From Bdellovibrionales bacterium (GTDB lineage: Bacteria; Bdellovibrionota; Bdellovibrionia; Bdellovibrionales; JAGQZY01): DNA of 64,000 nucleotides. The notes below the pieces were generated by a model that saw only the letters and a program-made list of their open reading frames with translations, had not been told where the DNA came from and did not search any database. Positions 1 to 11,537 of the stretch are shown piece by piece. The stretch spans positions 1 to 64,000 of the forward strand of contig JANPLN010000015.1 in the NCBI GenBank assembly GCA_031426555.1. Reading direction: 5' to 3'. How positions within the stretch are numbered: position 1 is the stretch's first letter; each line of letters starts with the position of its first letter. The position numbers and the translations under genes are program-made.

Positions 1-36
1 ATACAAAAAAGATAAGATAAATTAAAAAATAACGCA

Positions 37-52
37 TGTTCCACGTGGAACA
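37..52. promoter_or_regulatory. parS: parS centromere-like site (ParB binding)
   Basis: Perfect 16-bp palindrome TGTTCCACGTGGAACA (extends to 18 bp, 36-53) matching the bacterial parS consensus; 65 bp upstream of parA. Confidence 0.95.
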
Positions 53-117
53 TCGGCATTATCTCTTGAAAAATTAACAAAAAAGATATTACCTAGATAG
101 CACATCACGGAGGACGA

Positions 118-978
118 ATGAGAACGATATGTATAGTGAATCAAAAAGGTGGAGTTGGAAAAACAACAACTTCAGTGAATTTGGCCGCTGCTCTTGCAAA
201 TCTCAACAGAAAAGTTTTGCTAATAGATTTAGACCCCCAGGGAAACGCCTCCAGCGGGCTAGGGGTAAAGCGACACGAATATCAGGAAAAGAATATATAT
301 CATGTGCTGATTGGTGAAGTGCCGGCCAAAGAAGCCATCCATATGACAAAAAAAGAAAACCTTTTCATATTACCGGCGAATTCGGATTTGGTGGGAGCTG
401 AAATCGAACTTGTGGACGAAGCCAATCGAGAATTTAAATTAAAAAGCGCTCTCGAACCTCTTAAGGATACTTTTGATTATGTCTTGATCGACTGTCCACC
501 ATCTTTGAGCCTTTTAACGGTTAACGCTCTGACTTCAGCTGATTCATTCTTAGTTCCACTACAGTGTGAATATTATGCTCTTGAAGGCCTCAGCCAGTTA
601 TTGAATACGGCGGGAATCATTAAAAAGAAATTGAACCCGCTATTGAAAATCGAGGGCATTCTCCTGACAATGTTTGATACTCGCAACAATCTGAGTCATC
701 AGGTGGTTCAGGAAATTCAAACGCATTTTAAAGACAAGGTTTTTGCTTCGGTAATACCGCGCAATGTTAGATTGAGCGAGGCCCCCAGCCATGGTGTGTC
801 AATTTTCGAATACGATGACAAATCCATCGGTGCAAAAAAGTATTTTGAATTGGCAGCGGAACTTGATCAAAGAACGCAGCGAGACCTAATGATCGCCGCC
901 GACATAATCGCCGCCGACGCAATTGATAAAACTACGACACCAGAGCAGAAAGAGGAAGTGGCCCATGTTGGAATCTGA
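118..978 (+). CDS. parA: Chromosome partitioning ATPase ParA/Soj
   Basis: Deviant Walker A KGGVGKTT, DLDPQGN, IDCPP, IPRNVRLSEAPSHG; GGAGG SD. Confidence 0.97.
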   Translation: MRTICIVNQKGGVGKTTTSVNLAAALANLNRKVLLIDLDPQGNASSGLGVKRHEYQEKNIYHVLIGEVPAKEAIHMTKKENLFILPANSDLVGAEIELVDEANREFKLKSALEPLKDTFDYVLIDCPPSLSLLTVNALTSADSFLVPLQCEYYALEGLSQLLNTAGIIKKKLNPLLKIEGILLTMFDTRNNLSHQVVQEIQTHFKDKVFASVIPRNVRLSEAPSHGVSIFEYDDKSIGAKKYFELAAELDQRTQRDLMIAADIIAADAIDKTTTPEQKEEVAHVGI

Positions 979-1984
979 TAAAAACAAAGACATCTCAAAA
1001 GATAAAAATTTTCAGAAAAAAAGGCTGGGCCGTGGACTCGGAAGCTTATTTACTGATGAGATCACCGAGACCGGAATGGTTCAAGAGGCCACGGGTGAGC
1101 CCGAGGAAACTTTTAAGACCGTCGTTATTCAGTCTCCAGTGATTCAAGTACCTGCTATTCCGGCCCCGGCAGCAGCAGAAGCCATTGGAGCGACCCAAAG
1201 AATTTGGTCCATCGCCATCGAAAAAATCATTCCCAATAAAGACCAGCCTCGCAAAGAGTTTGATGCGGAAAAAATTAAGGAACTGGCGGCCTCCATTAAA
1301 GAACAGGGAATTCTTCAGCCCATCGTGACTCGTAGATTGGAATCCGGCGAATATGAAATCATCGCTGGAGAAAGAAGATGGCGAGCTGCGCAGGTTGCCG
1401 GAGTGCATGAAATACCCGTAATTCTTAAAGAAGCTGATAACAAGAAGGTGCTTGAGTGGGCGTTAATTGAAAATATTCAGCGCGAAGATTTGAACCCCAT
1501 CGAAGAATCCGAAGCCTACAATCAGCTGATTGGAACCTATCACTACACACATCAGGAACTCGCCGACAAAATGGGAAAAGAGCGGGCAACCATCAGCAAT
1601 TCGCTTCGACTTTTAACCCTTTCCAAAGAAGTTCGCGAGATGATTCGCGAACAAAAAATTTCGGCAGGCCACGCAAAGGCCTTATTATCCTTAGAAAATC
1701 TTGAACAACAAAGAAATTTGGCCAGAGAGATCGTCACCCGCGGCCTCAGCGTGCGAGCCGTTGAAAAAGAAGTGTCGCAAATTAAAAAAGGCGGCTCACC
1801 TTCGATCAAGGAAGAAAACACAGTCTCGGATCGTCTGGTAGAAAACATGGCCGAGGACCTACAAAAGGTCTTCGGAACTCGGGTGAAAATTGATTATGCG
1901 GACGGCAAAGGCAAAATCGTGGTTCAGTTTTACACCGACGAAGGTCTCACGGATATCGTGGCAAAAATGAAGGGGAATCTGTGA
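965..1984 (+). CDS. parB: ParB/Spo0J partitioning protein
   Basis: LGRGL N-terminal motif, GERRWRA CTP-binding motif, ENIQREDL, HTH; start reassigned to ATG 965, downstream of GAGG. Confidence 0.96.
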   Translation: MLESDKNKDISKDKNFQKKRLGRGLGSLFTDEITETGMVQEATGEPEETFKTVVIQSPVIQVPAIPAPAAAEAIGATQRIWSIAIEKIIPNKDQPRKEFDAEKIKELAASIKEQGILQPIVTRRLESGEYEIIAGERRWRAAQVAGVHEIPVILKEADNKKVLEWALIENIQREDLNPIEESEAYNQLIGTYHYTHQELADKMGKERATISNSLRLLTLSKEVREMIREQKISAGHAKALLSLENLEQQRNLAREIVTRGLSVRAVEKEVSQIKKGGSPSIKEENTVSDRLVENMAEDLQKVFGTRVKIDYADGKGKIVVQFYTDEGLTDIVAKMKGNL

Positions 1985-2346
1985 GCGAAGTGACAATTGC
2001 TAACAATCAGGTTGTTGGTCACCTTCAGCACGGAACTTATTTTGAAGGCAAAATATCCTTTGTTGGCACCTTAAAAATTGGTGGCCAGTTTAAGGGCGAA
2101 ATTATTTCCGAGGGTCTCCTTATAATAGACGAGTCTGCCGTGGTTGAGGCGGAAGTCCATGTGAAGGAGGCCACGATCAAAGGCCAGTTCTATGGACACT
2201 TGAAGGCGGAAACCCGGGTGACCATGTTGTCCCCGGCTCGCTTTAAAGGAACAGTTTCTGCTCCGAATCTCAAAATCGAAGAAGGGGTCCAGTTTGACGG
2301 ATCGTCTTCGACAAACTTTAAACTTGACCCTCGCGCCAGTAACTAA
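1981..2346 (+). CDS. Bactofilin (polymer-forming cytoskeletal protein, CcmA family)
   Basis: Repeated G-x-I/F-x-G beta-helix pattern ending IEEGVQFDG; GTGA overlap with parB stop. Confidence 0.88.
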   Translation: MSEVTIANNQVVGHLQHGTYFEGKISFVGTLKIGGQFKGEIISEGLLIIDESAVVEAEVHVKEATIKGQFYGHLKAETRVTMLSPARFKGTVSAPNLKIEEGVQFDGSSSTNFKLDPRASN

Positions 2347-2384
2347 TACTAAAGTCCGGAACATCATTTCACAATTGGACGAAG

Positions 2385-2831
2385 ATGGGTGCAGTTCTCG
2401 ATATCCTTATCGCTTTGGGGGTCAACAAAACTGTGTTTGCGCAGTTTGTGATCTTCATAGTAGCGTTTATTTTTCTTAAATATTTTATCTTTTCACCGTA
2501 TTTGAAAGCTTACGAGGAACGGCGGCGCCGTACCGTTGGCGTTGTTGGTGCCGGTAAAGAATTGCAACAAGAGATCGAATCTCTCGAAGCCCAGTTCACC
2601 AAGCAAGCTCGAACCCTCAACGACCAGATCAAGGTCGTGTTCGACGAGAAGCGAACCAAGGCACAGAAAGAATCTTCAGTGATTCTTTCTGAAGCGCAAA
2701 AAGTGGCCCAAGAAAAATTAGCTGTTGGGAAAAAAGAAACTCAGGATGCTTATTTGGGCGCTAAAGGCCAACTTAAGACTTTGGTCCCAGAACTGGGTCA
2801 AACGATCAAACAAAGGCTTCTTGAACCATGA
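2385..2831 (+). CDS. atpF: F0 ATP synthase subunit b' (peripheral stalk)
   Basis: N-terminal TM, P-x(5)-EERR, coiled coil; first gene of atp cluster. Confidence 0.85.
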   Translation: MGAVLDILIALGVNKTVFAQFVIFIVAFIFLKYFIFSPYLKAYEERRRRTVGVVGAGKELQQEIESLEAQFTKQARTLNDQIKVVFDEKRTKAQKESSVILSEAQKVAQEKLAVGKKETQDAYLGAKGQLKTLVPELGQTIKQRLLEP

Positions 2832-3382
2832 ACATGCTTTTAAATTTTTTCATTGAGACTGCGAACGCGAGTTCCAGTGCCCACGGAACCGGGCACAACG
2901 AGGGTATCCCGACCATCGTCTACTACCAAGCCATTAACGTGAGTATTTTTATCGGCATTCTCTATTGGTTTGGAAAAGACAAAGTTCGCGAAGTTTTTAG
3001 CGATCGCCTTACCGAGTTTCACCGTCTTGCCCTAGAGACCGAGCAAGCACGAAAAAACTTAGAGCACAAAAAATCAGATTTGGTTCGCCGCACACAGCAG
3101 CTTCAGACCACCAGCGCACAAAGTCTATCCGAAGCGAAGACCGAGGCCGAAAAAATGTATTTTGGCGAAATCGAGAAAACAAAGGGACAGGCCGAAAAAG
3201 TGTCGAAAGACGTGGAAGCGCAAATCATTACAGATCAGCAAAAAATGATCGAGACCTTGCGCCAGGAGGCTTTGGAAATGTCTGTGGCGTCCGCCGAAGA
3301 CCAGCTCAAGGGCCTGGACTCTGGGGAAAAACAAAAAGTCTCCCAGAATGTGCAAAAGCGAATTGAAGGAGCGTCTCGATGA
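2828..3382 (+). CDS. atpF: F0 ATP synthase subunit b
   Basis: QAIN-x-TM segment followed by charged coiled coil; lies between b' and delta. Confidence 0.85.
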   Translation: MNMLLNFFIETANASSSAHGTGHNEGIPTIVYYQAINVSIFIGILYWFGKDKVREVFSDRLTEFHRLALETEQARKNLEHKKSDLVRRTQQLQTTSAQSLSEAKTEAEKMYFGEIEKTKGQAEKVSKDVEAQIITDQQKMIETLRQEALEMSVASAEDQLKGLDSGEKQKVSQNVQKRIEGASR

Positions 3383-3918
3383 GTACTCAGGTCGTTCACT
3401 CCTACGCCAATGCTTTTTATGAGATGGCTAGCGAAACTGGAAAAGCCAATCGCTTTATCGATGAAATCGAAGGACTAGCTCCGGCGTTTAGTGACCCAGA
3501 AATCATTCAATTTTTTAAGTCCCCGTTATTCTCTGCCATAGAGAAAGAAAAAGCTGTGGATGCAGCCCTCAGCAACAAACTCGATGGCGATTTGGTAGAT
3601 TTTGTAAAACTTCTTGCCCGCAACGGCCGCATTGGCTACCTCACTCAGATTATCGAAGAATTTAAAGAAAATTGCTCTGGTGGAGCCAGCGTTAAAAAAG
3701 GCGAAGTTGTATCCGCCACGCCAATGTCTGACGGCGAGAAAAAAAGCCTCCAAGAGGCCATCGAAAAAAAATTAAATTTCAAAGTTCAGTTAGAGTTTAA
3801 AACTTCTCCAGAAATCATGGGCGGCTTCGAGGCTCGCGTGGGAAGTTACATGATCGAAGACAGTTTAAAATCAAATTTGCAAAAGCTTAATGATTCATTA
3901 AAGAGGAGCTCACACTAA
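3379..3918 (+). CDS. atpH: F1 ATP synthase delta subunit
   Basis: YANA N-terminus, C-terminal IMGG...IEDSL; operon position. Confidence 0.93.
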   Translation: MSTQVVHSYANAFYEMASETGKANRFIDEIEGLAPAFSDPEIIQFFKSPLFSAIEKEKAVDAALSNKLDGDLVDFVKLLARNGRIGYLTQIIEEFKENCSGGASVKKGEVVSATPMSDGEKKSLQEAIEKKLNFKVQLEFKTSPEIMGGFEARVGSYMIEDSLKSNLQKLNDSLKRSSH

Positions 3919-5442
3919 ATGGAAACACGAATTCGCGCCGATGAGATCAGCCGTATTTTAAAAGAACAAATCAAAGGCTATACTAATAAATTAGAAGTTC
4001 GCGAAACCGGCACAGTGCTTTCGGTGGGTGACGGTGTTGCCAGAGTTTTTGGGCTCGAAGCCGCCATGGCAGGAGAGCTTGTTGAGTTTCCTGGTCAAAT
4101 CACGGGGATGGTTCTTAACCTCGAAAAAGATTCTGCAGGTATCGTAATTTTTGGTGAAGATAGAACCATTAAAGAAGGCGACATAGTTAAAAGAACAAAG
4201 CGCATTGTTGAGGTTCCTGTCGGTGACGGACTATTGGGCCGAGTGGTTGACGTTTTAGGTCGCCCCATTGATGGCAAGGGCCCCATCGTTTCAAAAGAAA
4301 ATCGCGTTATTGATGTGAAGGCGCCAGGGATTATCAAAAGACAACCGGTTCACGAGCCCCTACAAACTGGAATTAAAGCCATCGACACCATGATTCCCAT
4401 CGGGCGCGGACAGCGCGAATTAATCATTGGCGATCGTCAAACAGGGAAAACGGCTATTGCGATTGATACAATCATCAATCAAAAAGGTAAAAACGTAAAA
4501 TGCTTCTACGTGGCCATCGGACAAAAACAATCTACAATCTCTTTAGTTGTCGAAAAACTTCGCGCCTCTGGCGCCCTTGAGTACACAACCGTTGTTGCCG
4601 CGGGAGCCAGCGCACCAGCACCACTTCAGTATCTTGCGCCTTACGCCGGAACGGCGATGGCCGAATACTATCGTGATTACGGCGGCCATGCTCTTATCGT
4701 TTATGACGATTTAACAAAACAAGCTCAGGCATACCGACAGTTATCACTTCTTCTTCGACGCCCTCCGGGTCGCGAAGCGTACCCAGGAGATGTGTTTTAC
4801 GTTCACTCTCGCCTTCTCGAGCGCGCCGCAAAAATGTCGGCGGCTGATGGTGGCGGGTCACTCACGGCACTGCCAATCATTGAAACACAGGCTGGAGATA
4901 TTTCTGCCTATATTCCAACAAACGTGATTTCTATTACCGATGGGCAGATCTTTTTAGAAGCAGATTTGTTCTACAAAGGGGTTCGTCCTGCAATTTCTGT
5001 AGGTAAATCCGTATCGCGCGTGGGCGGAGCGGCTCAAACAAAAGCCGTGAAGCAAGTTGCCGGAAGCTTAAAGTTATCACTTGCTCAGTTCCGTGATTTA
5101 GAAGCTTTTGCAGCCTTCGCATCAGATTTGGATCCTGCTTCAAAGGCCCAGCTGGCCCGCGGAGAAAGACTTGTAGAGCTTCTAAAACAATCTCAATACA
5201 CGCCTTACGAGGTCACAGACCAAGTGGTTTCAATCTTTGCTGCAATTAACGGGTATCTTGATTCAATACCAACTAAAGAAGTTCGACGTTTTGAAAAAGA
5301 AATGCTCACTTTCCTAAAGCAGAAGTATGCAAAAATGTACGACAGCATCGCTAAAGAGCAAAAGATTTCTGACGAATCCAAAAAACAACTGGAAGATGCT
5401 TTAAAAGAATTCAAAGCAATTTTCGACCCTGCAACGAAGTAA
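3919..5442 (+). CDS. atpA: F1 ATP synthase alpha subunit
   Basis: [23 protein letters not shown]. Confidence 0.99.
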   Translation: METRIRADEISRILKEQIKGYTNKLEVRETGTVLSVGDGVARVFGLEAAMAGELVEFPGQITGMVLNLEKDSAGIVIFGEDRTIKEGDIVKRTKRIVEVPVGDGLLGRVVDVLGRPIDGKGPIVSKENRVIDVKAPGIIKRQPVHEPLQTGIKAIDTMIPIGRGQRELIIGDRQTGKTAIAIDTIINQKGKNVKCFYVAIGQKQSTISLVVEKLRASGALEYTTVVAAGASAPAPLQYLAPYAGTAMAEYYRDYGGHALIVYDDLTKQAQAYRQLSLLLRRPPGREAYPGDVFYVHSRLLERAAKMSAADGGGSLTALPIIETQAGDISAYIPTNVISITDGQIFLEADLFYKGVRPAISVGKSVSRVGGAAQTKAVKQVAGSLKLSLAQFRDLEAFAAFASDLDPASKAQLARGERLVELLKQSQYTPYEVTDQVVSIFAAINGYLDSIPTKEVRRFEKEMLTFLKQKYAKMYDSIAKEQKISDESKKQLEDALKEFKAIFDPATK

Positions 5443-5451
5443 GAGAGAGAA

Positions 5452-7762
<2,311 letters not shown>

Positions 7763-7771
7763 AGAGGCAAG

Positions 7772-8182
7772 ATGTTTAGTTTAACTCTAGTTACGCCACA
7801 GAAAAAAATTGTCGAAGGTGCTCCGCTTAAGGAAGTTTTTGTTCCCGCATTTCGCGGTGAGCTTGAAATACTCCCTGGGCATGCGCCCTTGATTACGACT
7901 CTTTCTGAGGGCGTACTAAAATATAAACTGGAAGGTTCCACAGAACTTAAAGCTGTGGCTGTGAGCTGGGGTTATTGCGAAGTAACGGCTGAGGGACAGG
8001 TAAATATTTTAGCTGAAACGGCCGAAGCTCCCGAAGAAATCGATCTGAAGCGCGCGCAGGACGCTCGCCAAGAAGCGCTCGATAAACTTGCGACTGTAAA
8101 CTTTGATGATTTCGAAAAAACGCAGAGAAAATTTATGCGCGCAGAAGCGCGCATTAAAACTGCCAAACAAGATTTCCACTAA
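7772..8182 (+). CDS. atpC: F1 ATP synthase epsilon subunit
   Basis: LVTP, GELEILPGHAP, ILAE, C-terminal helical hairpin. Confidence 0.96.
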   Translation: MFSLTLVTPQKKIVEGAPLKEVFVPAFRGELEILPGHAPLITTLSEGVLKYKLEGSTELKAVAVSWGYCEVTAEGQVNILAETAEAPEEIDLKRAQDARQEALDKLATVNFDDFEKTQRKFMRAEARIKTAKQDFH

Positions 8183-8187
8183 GATTA

Positions 8188-8691
8188 ATGAGCTCGCAAC
8201 AACAAATCATGAGTTTTCGTTACCGAGCTCTCTTTCAATCCTTAGATATAAGATTTTTCAAAACCCCAACTGCCGGATCGTTTACTATCTATTGTGAAGC
8301 TGAGATCAAACTGCCTATGCTCAAAAAATCATATCGCACGGCCTCGGAGTTTGCCAACGACACTTCGGAATGGCTACGTCATGCTCCGGTCCATGAGAAG
8401 TCGGTAGAAGAGAAATGGCTTTCTAAAAACAAAGAGAATGATCAGGCCAATGATCCCATCGGTTTTTTTATGATGTTTGATCAGCAAAGATGGGCTGAGC
8501 CCTATGTTCATTTGTTGATTGGCGCCAAAGTTATAAAACTTGCCGTCGAAAAAATAGAAAATGGTTTCGAAATCAGCCGTCCCGAAAAAAACCAGAAATT
8601 AAGAGTCATTTCCGGTCCTCGTGGTATCGAGAAACTAGAAATTCCCCTTCCCATCATTGGCACAGTGAGCGTGGATCGAGTTTGGGAATGA
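8188..8691 (+). CDS. Hypothetical protein directly downstream of atpC
   Basis: 167-aa ORF, 5 bp after atpC stop; no motif recognised. Confidence 0.6.
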   Translation: MSSQQQIMSFRYRALFQSLDIRFFKTPTAGSFTIYCEAEIKLPMLKKSYRTASEFANDTSEWLRHAPVHEKSVEEKWLSKNKENDQANDPIGFFMMFDQQRWAEPYVHLLIGAKVIKLAVEKIENGFEISRPEKNQKLRVISGPRGIEKLEIPLPIIGTVSVDRVWE

Positions 8692-8876
8692 AAAAACGAT
8701 TTTTTATTGGACTCCTTCATGTTCTGGCCTTTGCACACATCACACTGATTCTTTCTAAAGACAATCAGAGTCACATTGAAGGTGTCCTTTTTGTAGCCTA
8801 CGTACTCACTGGTGCGCTCTATTGGAAAAAAATTGCAAAAGAAAAAAGAAAAGCCTACGAAAAAAATCATAAATAG
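8688..8876 (+). CDS. Small hypothetical membrane protein (2 TM)
   Basis: ATGA overlap with upstream stop; two hydrophobic stretches and a basic tail. Confidence 0.5.
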   Translation: MKKRFFIGLLHVLAFAHITLILSKDNQSHIEGVLFVAYVLTGALYWKKIAKEKRKAYEKNHK

Positions 8877-8893
8877 AATGGTGCATGAAAGCA

Positions 8894-10465
8894 CTAGCGC
8901 GTGAGTGCCGGATTTTCGTAAAGTGAAACAGTGCTGGCTGTTCGATTGATAGCGTCGGCGGTAAAGCCACCTAAGTTTGGGTGAATTGAAAAAACCTCAA
9001 CCACATCCATAAACCCGGATTTATCTTTAAAGTGCGCTTTTGCGTTGGAGCTCACAACAACGATATTTTTTTTCTGTTCAGAACTGAGAGAGTATAAATC
9101 TTTTAATTGATTTGCATTCGTTACATGCACAATAAAAAGTGTCGGTGTTTTAATTTGGCGAATTGATTTTATTTTATCTGAAATTGTCGTGCTTTGATTT
9201 TTAATATATCTCCGAAAAGAATCCGTAAAATTAGACGACGAGCTGACCACATGCATATTAGCGTAATCAGCCTCTGTTTTTTCAAGCCCCGGCAAAGATT
9301 TAAAGAAGCGAGAAACAATGTCATCGTAAATACTGTTGAATTGAATGTTTTTTAAATCCATCTTCAAGGTAGCTTTGCTCGCTAAGGTACGGCGCGAAGA
9401 CAGGGAATAGGATTTTTTAAATTTTAATATTTTCTGTACGCTTTGATCAATACGTGCCTCTGGGATTTGACCCGCTTTTACCGCACTTACCACGGCGGCA
9501 ACGGCTTTGTTTTGCAAATCGGTGGACCAAGCCAACATGACTAAATCATTTCCAGCAAGAATGGCTGCAATGGCTCGATCTCCTACCAATGGAAGAGCGG
9601 CGGCGCCGGCCATTTCGATATCGTCTGTCATAATGAGACCCTTATATTTCAACTCTTCTTTCAGAACCTGCGTAATAAGATGTTTCGAGTAGGTTGCCGG
9701 TAGCTGTGAGGAATCGATGAGAGGATAGGAGATGTGGGCCACCATGATTCCACCTAAAATTTCTGAACTGGCGTACTGACTAAAAGGAATCAGATCGGAA
9801 TTCAATAAAGTTTGATAGGAAATCTGGCGGTGAGGAGTGGTTCTGTGCGTGTCGAGCGAAATGGAACCATGACCGGGAAAGTGCTTAGCCACAGGAATGA
9901 CTTGGCTCTCTTCGAGGCCCTGTGCGAAAGCCACTCCCATTGAACTCACTTTATGTGGCGACTCCGAAAAACTTCGCGAAGCAATAAACGAATGGAGCTG
10001 GGAATCTGTAACATCCAACACCGGCGCCAAATTCATATTAAAGCCTAAGAGTTTAAGTATTTGCCCCGTCACCCGGCCCGCTTGAAATGAAAGAGCGGTA
10101 TCGTTGGTATTCCCGATGGTGTAAGCGCTCGGCAACCCCGGCGAAGTTTTAATTCGCGACACCGATCCGCCCTCTTGATCAATGGCAATGAATAGCGGAA
10201 CTTCTGAATAGCTCAACGTTAATTTTTGTAACTCGGAGTTTAAGTCGGATATTTGCGAGAGCGTTTTAATGTTGCGGCCAAAAACAATCACAGCTCCGGG
10301 TTGATGCTTCCGAAGGTGAGCTTTTAAGTTTTTATTTAGCTTTGTGCCCGCGAACCCAAAGATAAACATCTGTCCCACCTTTTGTTCCAGGGTCAAATCT
10401 TGGAGTTCCATAGCCCTTGAGGATGGAATCGATAAAAGCAGCAAAAGAGATAGCAAAAGTCGCAT
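8894..10465 (-). CDS. nagZ: GH3 beta-N-acetylhexosaminidase (exported, NagZ-like)
   Basis: Signal peptide, DQEGG, APVLD, KHFPGHG...DTH catalytic motif, TDD.EM. Confidence 0.9.
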   Translation of the reverse strand: MRLLLSLLLLLSIPSSRAMELQDLTLEQKVGQMFIFGFAGTKLNKNLKAHLRKHQPGAVIVFGRNIKTLSQISDLNSELQKLTLSYSEVPLFIAIDQEGGSVSRIKTSPGLPSAYTIGNTNDTALSFQAGRVTGQILKLLGFNMNLAPVLDVTDSQLHSFIASRSFSESPHKVSSMGVAFAQGLEESQVIPVAKHFPGHGSISLDTHRTTPHRQISYQTLLNSDLIPFSQYASSEILGGIMVAHISYPLIDSSQLPATYSKHLITQVLKEELKYKGLIMTDDIEMAGAAALPLVGDRAIAAILAGNDLVMLAWSTDLQNKAVAAVVSAVKAGQIPEARIDQSVQKILKFKKSYSLSSRRTLASKATLKMDLKNIQFNSIYDDIVSRFFKSLPGLEKTEADYANMHVVSSSSNFTDSFRRYIKNQSTTISDKIKSIRQIKTPTLFIVHVTNANQLKDLYSLSSEQKKNIVVVSSNAKAHFKDKSGFMDVVEVFSIHPNLGGFTADAINRTASTVSLYENPALTR

Positions 10466-10572
10466 CCCTTAAGGATAGCAAGAGAGTGAGAAAGCACGAA
10501 GTCAGCTATAGTAAAAGAATGGCAAAACACCACGAAGGTTGAGTCTCGCCCCACCAAAGCCTCGCTCGTCAA

Positions 10573-10596
10573 CATCCTGAGAGAAGCGAAGGACCT
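10573..10596 (+). repeat. 24-bp REP-like direct repeat, copy 1
   Basis: CATCCTGAGAGAAGCGAAGGACCT, 22/24 identical to 11514-11537. Confidence 0.75.
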
Positions 10597-10639
10597 GATG
10601 CGCTTTGAATTCACATCACAATGTAATAGAATATTCTGT

Positions 10640-11521
10640 ATGCTTACCTTGCTATTCGCCCTTTTTCTAACAAATGCTTCCACGGTTTCGATCATGGCCA
10701 CTTACGTGGATAAAGAGCGTATTGCTGGAGAGAGGCGAATGGACGCGCTGTTTGCAAAAAAAACCGAAATTCTTTGTCCGGGGTACAACCAAAAGGGAAT
10801 GAGCCTGTGCGTTCGGCAATATATAAAAAATGCAAAGATTGAAACCTCGTCGAGTTACATCGCCCTTAGTCACCTAGTTTCAGTGGCGGGCACTCAGGAC
10901 CGTAATGCAAAAATTTACGATGAAGCTTCAGCTCAAATGATCGGAATGGAAACTCTTGTGGTTCTGCAAGAACAGCTAAAACGAGAAAATATGGTCTGCG
11001 CAAAACTTCAACCGAGCGGCGCACGAAATCTTTTAGAGGTAAAACAAGTTTGTGAGCACGAAGAAAAGCAGTTCCTTTCTCAACAGGAAAAAAACAAAAA
11101 ATACATTCAAAAACAGACTGCAGAACTGATAGCAAAACTCGAAAACTACAAGCAACCGAAAATAAAACAATGGCTCTTAGAAAAAAAAGTAGAAGTGGAA
11201 AAATCGGCAAGATCGCAGTTTGAAAAAACCTTCTTCAGCGAAGACGAACGTAAAATCACAGCTAAGGATATCTTGCGCCAACATCGACTCACCATACAGA
11301 CGAGCTGTGATAAACTAGAGCCTCAATACAAAGTTCGCTTCAATAAGCAAAATCCCTGCGAGCTCGCGTTTTCGCAACTTTTCCTGTCGTGTATAGATAT
11401 GCCAACCCCACGAAGCCCTGCAAGCCTCAAAGAAAAAGAGATCGTAGAGCTGGTGCAAAAACCACTCCCGTGTTTTTATCCCAAAATGCAAGAATACCTT
11501 ACGAGTGGAGAGTCATCCTGA
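10640..11521 (+). CDS. Hypothetical exported, Cys-containing coiled-coil protein
   Basis: Long ORF (open from 10598); hydrophobic leader from ATG 10640, preceded by TTGAAT-N16-TAGAAT-N7. Confidence 0.7.
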   Translation: MLTLLFALFLTNASTVSIMATYVDKERIAGERRMDALFAKKTEILCPGYNQKGMSLCVRQYIKNAKIETSSSYIALSHLVSVAGTQDRNAKIYDEASAQMIGMETLVVLQEQLKRENMVCAKLQPSGARNLLEVKQVCEHEEKQFLSQQEKNKKYIQKQTAELIAKLENYKQPKIKQWLLEKKVEVEKSARSQFEKTFFSEDERKITAKDILRQHRLTIQTSCDKLEPQYKVRFNKQNPCELAFSQLFLSCIDMPTPRSPASLKEKEIVELVQKPLPCFYPKMQEYLTSGESS

Positions 11522-11537
11522 GCGCAGCGAAGGACCT
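11514..11537 (+). repeat. 24-bp REP-like direct repeat, copy 2
   Basis: CATCCTGAGCGCAGCGAAGGACCT; contains the TGA stop of the upstream ORF and overlaps the mfd stop. Confidence 0.75.

Noticed and set aside
892..918. 12-bp direct repeat ATCGCCGCCGAC in the parA tail
   Set aside because: Small in-frame duplication (IAAD-I-IAAD) in a variable tail; no evidence of function
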